A stretch of DNA of 64,000 nucleotides. Source: Octopus vulgaris. Lineage: Eukaryota. The stretch is from positions 148,862,001-148,926,000 of the forward strand of contig OX597817.1 in NCBI GenBank assembly GCA_951406725.2, in the 5' to 3' direction. Of the stretch, positions 26,335 through 38,791 are shown piece by piece. The position numbers were made by a program, and so were the translations under genes. The first letter of the stretch is position 1. Each line of letters starts with the position of its first letter. The notes beneath the pieces are model-generated. The model made no database searches. It had not been told where the DNA came from and saw only the letters and a program-made list of their open reading frames with translations.

Positions 26335-26475
26335 GTGGTGGGGCAATAGCCCAGTGGTTAGGGCAGCGGAATCGTGGTCGGAGGATCGCGGTTTCGATTC
26401 CCAGACCGGGTCACAGAAACCGGGAAACCGGGCCCATGAGCCTGGCTAGGCTTGAAAAGAGCGATGTTTATTTTT
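26335..26475 (+). mobile_element. 141-bp mini-SINE: family C head joined to a different tail, with TSD
   Basis: TSD TAATAATGCCAACC at 26321-26334 and 26476-26489; the head matches 22759-22832, then the sequence diverges. Confidence 0.85.
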
Positions 26476-27799
26476 TAATAATGCCAACCCAGAATTTTTT
26501 CACAAGCTCTTCGGTTCTTTGTGTCCGGAGTTCAGACCCACATCCCAGGGTCTATTTAGTAAGTTAATCCACCTGCCCCCTTTAGCACAACCACTTGACG
26601 CTTTACATGTCTTTATTAGAGTACGACCTGTAACAAGTATTCGAGCGAAGTTTCCCCTTTAAAGATACTCTCCTTTCTTCCCCCTCTGTTGTCCTACACG
26701 CCCTGTAAGTAACCATGAATACTCACTTCCCCTCACTGAATGCTTTTAAAAATGGGAAAATATTTTTTACATTGTCTTACGGTGTAGTGAGGGACAGTGT
26801 AGAAAAAAAAATAACTTGCAATGGAGAGACGGCAAGTAGCAGAGGAGGAGGAGATAGGTGACACTGGCGGGAATTGAAAGAGGAGAAAAGCTCGTCAGTG
26901 GTCTACGAACATGCTGAATTAGAACATAGATGTTCGGTTAATAACATATTGGTTAAGGTATTATCAATACATAGAACAGACACGACAGGCGGATAGATTA
27001 CAGATGTCACGCACACAGCAATAAACAGACAAAGCTTCAACAGAAAACACGAATAGAATAATAACACACCCAATACCACACTATGCAACATGTCGGCTAA
27101 ACACAGAATGGAAGTAAAAGAGATACAGATACTAAGAGTGCAGTAAGCAAACCCATATATTCACATGCAAAGCACACATGGAAAACACACAGGCACGCGC
27201 ACACGCACACGCATCCACACACACACTCACAGATACTGACAAGAGCATGCGCAGATAAGGATACACCATAGAAAGACAGAATTGATTAAGCGGAACAGGA
27301 GGAGACACGTGGCATGGCGATTCGGTGAAGAGATCTCCAGACGAACGACGATGGATTTCCAGACAAAGGACATAAAATAAGAACAATGATAAATCCAAAG
27401 TGAAGAACGAATGCATAGTGCGTGTAGTTATTTAGCAAGAAAATATTTTTCATTACTCTTCGATAATGTGCACATGAGGGCATGTATGTTTATATGCCTG
27501 CATACATGTGTGTATGGATGTATGTAAGTATGCATATATGTACATACGTACACTTATATATGCGTATATGAATGGGTTTAATATTATCCCGACATTTTCA
27601 TATACGCATATAAATTAACTCCATAAATTAATAAGGAAATATAAAGTATATAATCATAGGACACTAAGGAAATTCTTCGAACACAACAACAGGTCCATCA
27701 GAGAGTTTACAGAACTCCGCAAGCTCAGTTATTTTGAAGATGAAGAATCCAATGATTCGGGCAGTTCCTTTCATCAGAGTGTAGCAAAAAGAAAAAAAG

Positions 27800-28790
27800 A
27801 GAATATGGTAGCACCCCTTGGATATGGGGAAGTAAAATGTAAAAGAAGAACGTTATTTGGAGTGTTATGAGAAACGCTGAGAGATCAGTAGTATGAGAGA
27901 GTCAGAAGCCTATAGTGGAGGACCAGCAAGTTAGAAAGACACCAGTATTGAAACAAAATGCATGCGGAATGAGCTTTAAGCTAGTAGGGGAGACGGTAGG
28001 TGCTCATTTACAGAGGGTAGTGGTGAAAACGATAAGGAGAGAAGGAGAGATAAACGGAATAGATGCCCGAAAAAAACAATTTATATTTAAGCACCCATTC
28101 AGCAAAATTCTGGTTTAGAATATAAAACCTATTTGACCTGTAGAAGTAATCACACATGCCAAATTCCTCCATTTTCAGGTACAAAACCATACAGATATAT
28201 AACCAGACATACGTTAGCGCATACACGCTCATACGCACAATTTTATAAATACATTGGTGTTCATATATGCAAGATAGTAATTACACATTGTTAATGAAAA
28301 AACAGGTGGTTGAGTTTGGGCTCGGTTACAAGGAGAATCATTGGAAAATGAGGTAAATATTTATACGTTAATGAGTGCAATTTTCTCGGTTGACAGTGGG
28401 ACATTTTCTTTACATTAGCGTACGTCAGTTGATCAGAGGATTAAAAGAACACCACAAGCTAGGTGACGATGAATAAAATGGCCAGGCAAGCCGACGTGAC
28501 AAGTCGAAGACTTAAAGACACTTTCTAAAGTTGTTTTCAAGGCTGTGCAAGTTCCGTAAACCATGTAGATGACACCAGACATGCCTGTGTTTACAGCAGT
28601 ATATATTTTGCATAATGTTTGTATACTAAATTAGAAAAATCATATAGAAAATGGTCAGTTGTATTAAGTGTAGAAATAGTACCTAGAAGTTTGATTTGGT
28701 AGAGTTGAGGGAGAAGATTCTTAGGGAAAGATCACGTTCCAGGTTGCGCATGAGTAGGTCAATATATCTTTTTAACCAGGGGCTTATTGA
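27800..28790 (+). pseudogene. Highly decayed RTE-type LINE remnant
   Basis: Purine-rich, with faint matches to RTE ORF segments (e.g. FKLVGETVGAHLQRVVVKTIRREGEI; GESLE; HACVYSS; VEG..S.G). Many stops and frameshifts. Confidence 0.35.
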
Positions 28791-28928
28791 GAAAATTATC
28801 ATTTGAGATATTTCACTCAGTTATTAGTCCTGATTATACCCACACACACTCATACACGTATATATATATATGTATGTGTGTATGTGTGGGAGGGGGGTGA
28901 ATACTGTGTATATATATATATATACATT

Positions 28929-28972
<44 letters not shown>

Positions 28973-29001
28973 CCATATATATATACATATATATATACAT
29001 A

Positions 29002-29246
29002 CTCTCTCTCTTTAACTTGTTTCAGTCATTTGACTATGGCCATGCTGAAGCACCGCCTCTAGTGGAGCAAATCGACCTCAGGACTTATTCTTTGTAAGCC
29101 TAGTACTTATTCTATCGTCCTGTTTTGCCGAACCGCTAAGTTACGGGGACGAAAATACACCAGCATCGGTTGTCAAGCGATGTTGGGGAGGGGGACAAAC
29201 ACAGACGCACAAAGACACACACACACACACACACACATACATATAT

Positions 29247-29320
<74 letters not shown>

Positions 29321-29482
29321 GTATATATGACGGGTTTCTTTCAGTTTCCGTCTACGAAATCTACTCACAAGGCTTTGGTCGGCCCGAGGCTATAGTAGAA
29401 GAGATTTTCACAAGGTGACAGGCAGTGGGAAGGAACTCGGAAACATTAGGTTCATAAGCAAGCTTCTTACCACTTTTGCGCC
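29002..29482 (-). mobile_element. SINE family A, near full length
   Basis: Reverse complement of tail, microsatellite and head. Confidence 0.9.
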
Positions 29483-29588
29483 TATATATACATATATATA
29501 CATAAACATACATATATATATATATATACATATATATACATACATACGTATACGCGCACACACATACACATACACACACACACACAAA

Positions 29589-29682
<94 letters not shown>

Positions 29683-29913
29683 TATGCATTAATACATTTA
29701 CTTGCGTATATGAATAAGTCCAGCAAATCATGAGGGAAAATGCTCCTTGTAGGAAAGCTGGCTAGCGAGGAAATGCTGATATATGAAACATTATTGGAAA
29801 ATTCAGTACGGCTAAGTCAGAAGGAAAATACGGGAAGTAGATACACTTAATATCAATTAATTCAGCGTGAAAATTACTTTCTATAACGCACTAACGCGTA
29901 TAATATACATATA

Positions 29914-29994
<81 letters not shown>

Positions 29995-30021
29995 ATATAT
30001 TCATAAATATGTATTTATATG

Positions 30022-30114
<93 letters not shown>

Positions 30115-30992
30115 TTATATGCATATATATGTTTATATGTGTGTGTATTGGTATCTGGAAAGCTTGCATATTAATCAGTGTTTAATGGAAACAAGTGTGA
30201 TATTCATTATCGAGGGAATAGAAGAATTTATCAGCATGAACTGTTCCCCAGTATTAGGAAAACAGCTAGAATTATCAACGTTTGTTTCATAGAGTGTGAT
30301 ATGAAATGTATACCGAACTCGTTATATCTAATAATTTCAACTGATATCTAGTGAATCGTCGAGGAAACAGTAAAATTAATCAATGTTTATTGAAAATATG
30401 ATGATATGCAATATGTAGACAACTATTGTATCCATCGACATTTACTTCATGTTTACCCAAAGTTAGATTTTTTGCTGATTGATAAGTACCAGAGCCATAT
30501 TTATACTATAATTCATCATGCCATTGAGTGATCTGGATTTAGTTACATTGTGTAGTGTCAGAAACGATATTGCTTCCATCAGAAGGTACTACGATTCATA
30601 GTTCTGTTCATTTTGTGATCTGTGTTCAAAATGTGCAATTAATAAACACGCGTTTTTTTATCTTCACTTCTCGACAGAGCAAAATCCCAGTAAAATCCTG
30701 AAATGGGAAATAGCTAGTGATACTAATGTTTCCCAGTTTTTTTTACATTCAAATACTACGGCTGAGAACCACAAATCCTCATTATGTTTATGTGAAGCAG
30801 CAAATCTAGAGTATTATTAGCTTTCAAAGACATTCATAGAACAATGTCGTACGAATGCAGCCATGTACAAGACATAGAATGCATAAGACAGTGTGTACGA
30901 TGTAGGTCAGAAGAAATGAACAAGAAGTGTGTATATGTATATATATACATGTGTGTGTGTGTGTGTGTGTACATACACACACACACACACAT

Positions 30993-31050
<58 letters not shown>

Positions 31051-31693
31051 TCATTTTTCACTCTGATTTTCGTGCAAAACGAAGAGATCAATTCACGAAG
31101 AACTATATGCACAAAGACAGAAATTTTAAAAACCATTTTCTTGTTCTCTTACTTTTTCATCTCTCTCTCTCTCTCTCTCTCTCTCCCTCTGTCTCTCTCT
31201 CTCTATCTCTCTTGTCCACATATGCTATAAAGACTCAATAATGTACATTTGTTATAATGTTCGCCGAGGATTTACTTTGATATTATCTATCCCTGCGAAT
31301 ATGCCATTCATAAAAAAAGTAATGTTGACACTAGTTTGATATGTATCAAAATAAATATATTTAAAACAACTATCGATGCCCTGTAACACTGATATAAGGA
31401 TTAAATATCTTGGACAGGAACACAAAGCGAGGACAGTGCAGTTATTATTCTTGCCTTCATGAAAGGAAAAAGGGCATCAATTCTTGCATTCATGGATCTA
31501 ATCTGCCGAATGTTTTTAAGCAGAGTAAGAAACTACGCCACGATACCTTGGTAGTTGAAATATGAAGCATCGAGCTAAATACAGCGCAGATCACAAATGA
31601 CCACGTTTTTCTTACCTGTCAGTATGAAAGAAAGAAATGGTGAAAGTTACCGAGCTCTGTCTTCCTTTATTTTTCTGTAAATTTCAACTATAC

Positions 31694-31764
<71 letters not shown>

Positions 31765-32974
31765 GGGTGAGAGTTGGTATGTGAAAGCATAAAACACAAA
31801 ATAGAATAGAAAAGACTACAGAAGATTTGTAGTAAATGGTTCAAAAATATATCAAAATCGTCATGTTAGAAAAATGATATAAAATTTTGTGTGTAGGGAC
31901 ATTGTTTTTGGAGAAATAACTGGTTTCGCATTTGCTTTTCAGATTTCTTTACCGATGATGTATAATCTATTCGTTATGGTGTGATGTAGAAAAGTTCGAA
32001 ACTGGGGGAGGCAATCAGGGAATTTTTCGGTATAAGGAAGATAATAAAAATATTAGAAATGATTAGGTTTGCTTTAATGTAACATGATTTGATTTTGATA
32101 GAATAAAATGTTAGAAATAGTTAAGCTTTGGTCTATATTTTTCAATGAAGTTGGTTTCTTTGTTTAATCTAACTTGTGTTGGTATTCCAAAAGCACAGTG
32201 ATAAAATGGAAAGAATATAAATTGTGATAGCAGTTGTTTTGCGCATCTGTTATTTCGTTCACTAAAGGGCATAATTCTGTATTCTCAATCCGGAATCTGC
32301 TGTCGGTGCAGAGTTCATCTGCGTCACAGCGATAATCCCGTGGAGCTTATGTACCTTTGGTGGCAAAAGAAATTTGAGAAAGTTCAAAAGAAAATTCGAA
32401 ACCGGTTATTTCTCCAAAAACAATGTTACTATACACAAAATTTTATATCATGTTCCAAACATGATTTTAATATATTTTTTTAACCATAAAATGCAAAACT
32501 TCTGTAGTTTTTCATTCTATTTTGTCATTTATATATGTATATATATACACACACATTCATATATATGTTTGTGCGTATATGCATGCTTGTATGTGTATAT
32601 GTAAATATTTGTTGAGATAGATTGCACTGAAAACATATTCTAGTTTTATTATATCTTAATCCTTAGCTTTAACGATTTCGTATAAGTCTTTTACAGTTTG
32701 TTGGAAGTATTCTTTCTCCTGGTACTTCATAATCGTCAATTTTATAGTCTTCGCAGTCTCATCATCAAGGATGAAACCTTTTATTGTTGTGTGCAACTAA
32801 TTCTTTCCAAACAGACATATAATCTTCAGCTGAATTTAGTATCCAATTGTGTTTATACGATTAGATTACATGTTCCGGCTGGATTTTCGATATGAAATCG
32901 GAGAGAAACGTTGGCAAATAACATATAGAAATTTCACTGTTTCTAAGGCATATAACAAGCATGAGAAAATATAT

Positions 32975-34142
32975 TTTACTTGTCTTATTCGTTATACTGC
33001 GGCCATGCTGGGCAACCGTCTTGAGGGATTTTAGTTAAAAGAACTAAAAAGAATTGTTTTTTACTTTAAACCCTTGTACATAATTTATCTTTTGTTGAAC
33101 GACTGTTCTATGGTAAAAGGAGAGAAAAGCAAAAACCGCCCCATATTTATGCGTGTGTGTATGTCTGTGTGTGTGCGTGCGTGTGCAAGTTGCCAAAAGA
33201 CATTCTATAACGGCTACCTCTGATGAGCGCAGGATTACATGATCGGTTAATACTTAATAACATTCCGTTGTATATTGTTTTACTTGTTTAAGCCATTTGA
33301 CTGTGGCGATGCTGGAGCACCGCCTTTAGTAGAGCAAATCGAACCTAGAACTGATTTTTTGTAAGCCTAGTACTTATTCCATCGGTCCCTTTTGCCGAAC
33401 CGCTAAGTTACGGGGATGTAAACACACCAGTATCGGTTGTCAAGTAATGTTGCGGGGACAAACACAGACACACAAACACACATATATATATATGTACATT
33501 TACATATATACGACGGGCTTCTTTCAGTTTCCGTCTACTAAATCCACTCACAAAGTTTTGGTCGGCCCGCGGCTATAGTAGAAGACACTTGCCCAAGGTG
33601 CCACGTAGTGGGAATGATCCCGGAACCACGTGGTTGGTAAGCAAGCTACTTACCACAGAGCCACTCCTGCGCCTTTGTATATACATACATATCTTATCTT
33701 TTATTTGTTGCGGTTCGTATACCGAGGCCATACTGAAGCACCACTTTGAAGAACTTTTAGTTGAATGAATCGACGTTAGTTCATCGTTTTCTTAAGCCTG
33801 ATACTTATTCTATTGGCCTATATTCATAATATAGATCTCATTTGCCAAACCGCTAAGTTACAGGGATATAAACAAGCCAAAACTGGTTTCCAAGCATTGG
33901 TGGGGACACATGGTAGGGACACAGACACAAAGACACCTCACACACACACACATACACACAAACACGCACACATATATGAGAGGCTTATTTTCTGTCGACC
34001 ATACTCCGTCCACGACACTCATTCCCACTGCTTCTGTTGGTCCACGCCATAGTAGAAAACACTCAACCAAGTTGTCATGCAGTGGGATTGAACTCGTAAC
34101 TACGTGGATAGAATGCATACTTGTTAGCACAGGGCCACGCCT
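32975..34142 (-). mobile_element. Cluster of three same-orientation SINE family A copies (32975-33125 partial, 33277-33673 full, 33695-34142 diverged)
   Basis: Repeated GCCATGCTGG/GCACC tail motif; head end CCACTCCTGCGCC at 33661-33673. Confidence 0.85.
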
Positions 34143-34172
34143 GAGTATCATATGAGAAACAAAACAAACTAA

Positions 34173-34338
34173 TAAACCTAATCTCGGAAAGCACTTATCT
34201 GTAGTTTGAAATGTATCCAACACCCAATTAATATACATGGTATCGGCTTCTACTAAACCTAATCTCGGAAAGCACTTATCTGTAGTTTGAAATGTATCCA
34301 ACACCCAATTAATATACATGGTATCGGCTTCTACTAAA
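34173..34338 (+). repeat. Perfect 81-bp tandem duplication
   Basis: TAAACCTAATCTCGGAAAGC...CTTCTAC starts at 34173 and at 34254. Confidence 0.95.
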
Positions 34339-34406
34339 TATATTACAGGACATTATTTACATTATTTACATTAGATGGATATTTGTCCTAATCTTGTTTG
34401 TGGTAA

Positions 34407-34450
34407 ACAAAACGTTTCGGCTGATATACCCTCCAGCCTTCTTCAGGTGT
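34407..34450 (-). ncRNA. Minimal hammerhead ribozyme motif (stem III reduced to AACGTT palindrome)
   Basis: Minus strand ACAC-CTGAAGA-A-GGCTG-gagggtatat-CAGCC-GAAAC-GTT-TTGT; one mismatch in stem I. Confidence 0.7.
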
Positions 34451-34537
34451 CTTGGGAAAATTTTGAACCTGGGTTCTCATTCCTATGCTATTTTTCTACG
34501 TTGTTATTATTATCATTACTACTACTACTACTAATAC

Positions 34538-34586
<49 letters not shown>

Positions 34587-34589
34587 TTT

Positions 34590-34866
34590 ATTTTTTCGTT
34601 TTGGGATTTGGTTTCAAGATACATTATATGAGTTCGTGTCTTGAAGCATATGCTATTGTGTCTGGGGAGAGTCATTTTCTTTTTGTGCCTTATAATGTGA
34701 CACACTCACTGGTAAAATTTCCATTTATTTCATATTATTATTTTCCTAAAATTTTCGTTGCCTCTTGCAACCTTTTCAATAGTCTTGAAATAAGTGGAAA
34801 TTTTACCGGTGAGTGTGTTACATTATAAGGCACAAAAAGAAAATGACTCTCCCCAGACACAACAGA
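34590..34866 (-). mobile_element. Nested hairpin element with 77-bp inverted arms and a U3-A8 hammerhead-like motif in the spacer
   Basis: Arms 34656-34732 and 34786-34862; minus-strand spacer CTA-TTGAAAA-G-GTTGC-aagag-GCAAC-GAAAA-TTT-TAG (34746-34782); (ATT)n on both sides. Confidence 0.65.
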
Positions 34867-35330
34867 ATTATTATTATTGTTATTATTATTATTTTTCGGG
34901 TCACTGCTTGGAATCGAACTCGGAATCTTGGGGCTTGTAGTCAGCGCTTTTAACCACTACGCCATATATCCGTCGAATGTAAATAAAGTAAATAATCTAC
35001 ATAATTCCTCATCTCTTAAATATAGAACTGTATATTACAGGAATTGGAAGTTTCGAAAATTGACTTACAAAATTATTTTCTACATGAGGAAATTTTAACC
35101 AACTTGTGATGGACAAATCCTTTCTATAGTAATTATTACAAAATATAATTCATATAAATTTGTTTATGAATACGATAATTATTGTACAATATTATATTAA
35201 ACAAACCTGTTTCATTATTCTCTGAAGTATCTACATGAAAATATCACTTGTATGTCAGATATATAACCAGATATATACATACGCACACACATATATAGAA
35301 GGAAAGATAGAGATAGAGAAAGAGAGACGT

Positions 35331-35463
<133 letters not shown>

Positions 35464-35551
35464 ACAGACAGACATAGATATAGACATATATACACATAAA
35501 TGCACAAACATATTTAATACATGCGTGATATTCAACGATAGATATATATAT

Positions 35552-35595
<44 letters not shown>

Positions 35596-36204
35596 ATATA
35601 TATATCATTGTGTGATATTCAAAGATATATATATATATATATCCAAATCTTATCCATTGCTCAAAGTAAAATGTAATTACATTCAATGAAAGAAAATATA
35701 TTCACTTCAATTAAGAATGAAGCCTATAAAGAACAATTTCACAATAATTACATAACTTATTGAAATTTTATTGCCGTTGTCAACACGTCTTTCTGAATTC
35801 TAGATACAATAGAACAGAAGAACTGGTTTGTTCCAGCTTTTCTTGTGGAAAATGATGGACACTTTTGGTACATATAATAATTCTAATTTAATACACAAAT
35901 TGTACAAATTTCTGTCTTAATATGTAAAATATAAATATTCGCCATTGATAGATAATTGTTTCATTTATGTCTTAGGATATATTAGATTATGTCGGATGTA
36001 GACAGGTTCTCAGACAACATTCTAAAGCTTCATATTATGTTGTTATTCACGGTTGTTGTAGATTCATTTATGTACAACAACATTCCGTTTGACGATATTG
36101 ACTTGTGTGTTGTAGTTTTATATGTATTATTAAAGCGCCAAGCATTACACCTCGTAGATGTTAATTCCACATATACATCAACATAGACGCGCACACACTT
36201 ACAA

Positions 36205-36295
<91 letters not shown>

Positions 36296-36929
36296 TCTGA
36301 TTTGTTTTTACAAAGAACACTTTTAAAATTTATAAATGTCAAGAAAATATTTCCATAAATATTTTGACTCTATTAAGTATTACTGCCAAAGCTTTTAAAT
36401 ATTTAAAGTTTACAAGGATACTGAGAAGATCAAAACCATCTGTGAATATAAACTTATGTTTAAGAATTTTTAGGAATTTTTCGAAAAAAAAAATTGATGA
36501 ATCTCACATAGAAATATGACTCAGATAACCATTTCGAGAAATGGTAAAAAACAATCCGTAGTTCCAGATGTAAAGTAGGAATTTGTTGGCATTAAAAAAC
36601 GCTACAAACATTAGGGAAACTTCGAATATGACCAGTGTGATAGCAATAACAACGGAACATTCAAATATAAAGGATATATTTAAGGAATGAAATTCATTTG
36701 CAGAATGAAGCGGATTAGAAGAATCTGGGAAAAAGTAAAGTTCTTTCCCAACCCATATGGACCCATTGTGTCGTTTTCCGGTTTCCATGGCGTGTATATT
36801 TGTATAGACCCCACCGGGATGGGTCGTCGATCCGTCGCAGGATTACTCATTTATTCCACCTAAGTGAACTGGATCAATATGAAATGAAGTGTTTAGCAAA
36901 AAAAAAAAAAGGCTTTTTAAAAAAAATCT

Positions 36930-37440
36930 AGAAAGCCATGGAGATAGATAAACAATGAGTAAATTGGTAAAATATCGGACACATTAAGAAACGACTTAAT
37001 GAAAAAAGAATTTGAATTACTTCTCTAATTTTGGAGTAAGAACAAGTAAATTTTATGAAGTTCCAAAATTCCATAAATCTAAAGAAATTGATAACAGTTT
37101 CAAGGACCTTCACACACCAATTTGAAAACTCAAGGGGCCACTGATCTAAAATTTGCCCAATTGTTGCAGAGCCAACATCTAGCACGCAGTAATTAGACAA
37201 TTTGCTTGACATAATTTTGCAAGCATTGCAAAATGGATTCCTTCATCATAGATGACATGAACATTTTAAACCGTGTTCCAGAAAGAGTAAATAAAGAGAC
37301 AACCCTGGCTTGTTTTAGCGTCAACCCCACGGATTATGATTAGAACGATATATTTTTGTATAGACAAATCCACGCAAAGAATTGAGGAGAGATTCGCACT
37401 TGAAGGATTATGATTTGTACTAGAAAGCACCTGCATTTTT
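36930..37440 (+). pseudogene. Decayed Penelope-like RT, N-terminal half
   Basis: Frameshifted segments NFYEVPKFHKSKEI (cf. FYGLPKIHK), PIVAEPTSSTQ*LDNLLDIIL (cf. RPIVA..LS..LD.IL), SFIIDDMNILNRVPERVNKETTLACFSV (cf. L.SFDV). Confidence 0.8.
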
Positions 37441-37606
37441 TTTTGATAACCATTATTACCTACAAGTAGAAAGCACGGTAATGGTAACGAAAGTTGCATG
37501 GTCGTTCGTGACACTAGTGAATTACGAATATAATTCCTCGCCTGCCTCTATTAATGTAGTATTCATTTCGCTGGACCACCTGTTTGTCCTAATGAGTCTG
37601 TTTTCT

Positions 37607-37865
37607 TTAACAAATGAATTCAAGTTCTTCAAAGTGATATGCAAGTACTTGAGTACGCCTTCTTCCTTCTAACGTCTTATCCAGTCTGTTGACCGCTCTC
37701 GCCAGTTCCTCCTCCGAAGTCGACAGGTCCGAATTACTAAGGTCAGAATACGTGTTCTTCCTTGCCATTTCTCAAAAAACACCACCGCTGCGAACAGCAA
37801 ACTCCAAAACAAACACAACCCTGAACCATTCAACACACACAGACGGAAAAACGCGAAGCATCACT
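37607..37865 (-). pseudogene. Possible 5' UTR and ORF1 start of an L1/Tx1-type LINE (53-aa ORF 37768-37607)
   Basis: GT-rich leader, then MARKNTYSDLSNSDLSTSEEELARAVNRLDKTLEGRRR...; the assignment is recalled resemblance only. Confidence 0.35.
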
Positions 37866-38131
37866 CACGGCGTGCTGACGATTCTGCCAGCTCGCTGCCT
37901 TGGTATGCATAGATATTCTTTTCTACCCCAGGCACAAGGTCCGAAAGTTTTTGCGGAGAGGACCAGTCGATTAGATCGACACCAGTACGCAACTGGTATT
38001 TAATTTATCGACCCCGAAAGGATGAAATGACAAGTCGACCTCGGAGGAATTTGAACTCAGAACCTAAAGACGGACGAAATACTGCTAAGTATTTCCTTCG
38101 GCTTGCTAACGAATCGCCCAGGTCGTCACCC
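37866..38131 (-). mobile_element. SINE family B (full copy plus a head fragment)
   Basis: ATCGACCCCGAAAGGATGAAA..CAAGTCGACCTCGG.GGAATTTGAACTCAGAAC. Confidence 0.85.
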
Positions 38132-38442
38132 TGAGCTGTACTTACCTCGGTTGCCTTTATTAATGCTGTATTCATTTCGGTAGACTACCTGTCTGTCCTA
38201 ATGAATCCATTTTCTATCAAATGAATTCAGGCTCTTCAAAGTGACATGCAAGTACATGAGCACTCCACAGAAATTTGAATCTTCAAGGTATCTTGCAGGA
38301 AGAATAAAATGAGAACCAGTATGACAAGTTTGAATCTCTTGAACAAAAGATCTTATCTTACAAAAAATTAAGGAATCAACACAGTACAGTACTAATATGT
38401 TATCAACTCGCAAACAGCTGAAAAGTGAACCTGTCTCAGATA

Positions 38443-38675
38443 AGGTGGCGAGCTGGCAGCATCGTTAACACGCCGGGCGAAATGCTTAGCGGTATTTCGT
38501 CTGCCGTTACGCTCTGTGTTCAAATTCCGCCGAGGTCGACTTTGCCTTTTTTCCTTTTGGGGTCGATTAAATAAGCATCAGTTACGCACTGGGGTCGATA
38601 TAATCGACTTAATCCGTTTGTCTGTCCTAGTTTGTCCCCTCTGTGTTTAGACCCTTGTGGGTAGTAAAGAAATAG
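38443..38675 (+). mobile_element. SINE family B with diverged TSD
   Basis: Flanked by GTGAACCTGTCTCAGA and GTAAACCTATCTCAGA. Confidence 0.9.
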
Positions 38676-38791
38676 GTAAACCTATCTCAGACTGCAGAAA
38701 GAACAGAAACAATTATTGCTGATCATGTTATCCAATGCTCAAACCATTCTATCAACTCGCCGACTTGTTTTCTATTTTCTTTTATTTAATA

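Larger units (their letters stand above)
34351..35030 (-). mobile_element. Composite element: tRNA-like head, (AAT)n, hammerhead, tail and inverted tail copy; 12-bp TSD
   Basis: TSD TATATTACAGGA at 34339-34350 and 35031-35042; A box at 34954-34964 and B box at 34910-34919 (minus strand); tail 34350-34382 is inverted at 34966-34998. Confidence 0.8.

Noticed and set aside
33210-33250. Lone CTGATGA-like cores (also 27772-27778, 9682-9690, 11862-11868)
   Set aside because: No correctly spaced GAAA with pairing stems; not called as hammerheads.
35803-36100. Possible plus-strand small exons (DTIEQKNWFVPAFLVENDGHF)
   Set aside because: Weak donor, and the next candidate exon has an in-frame stop.
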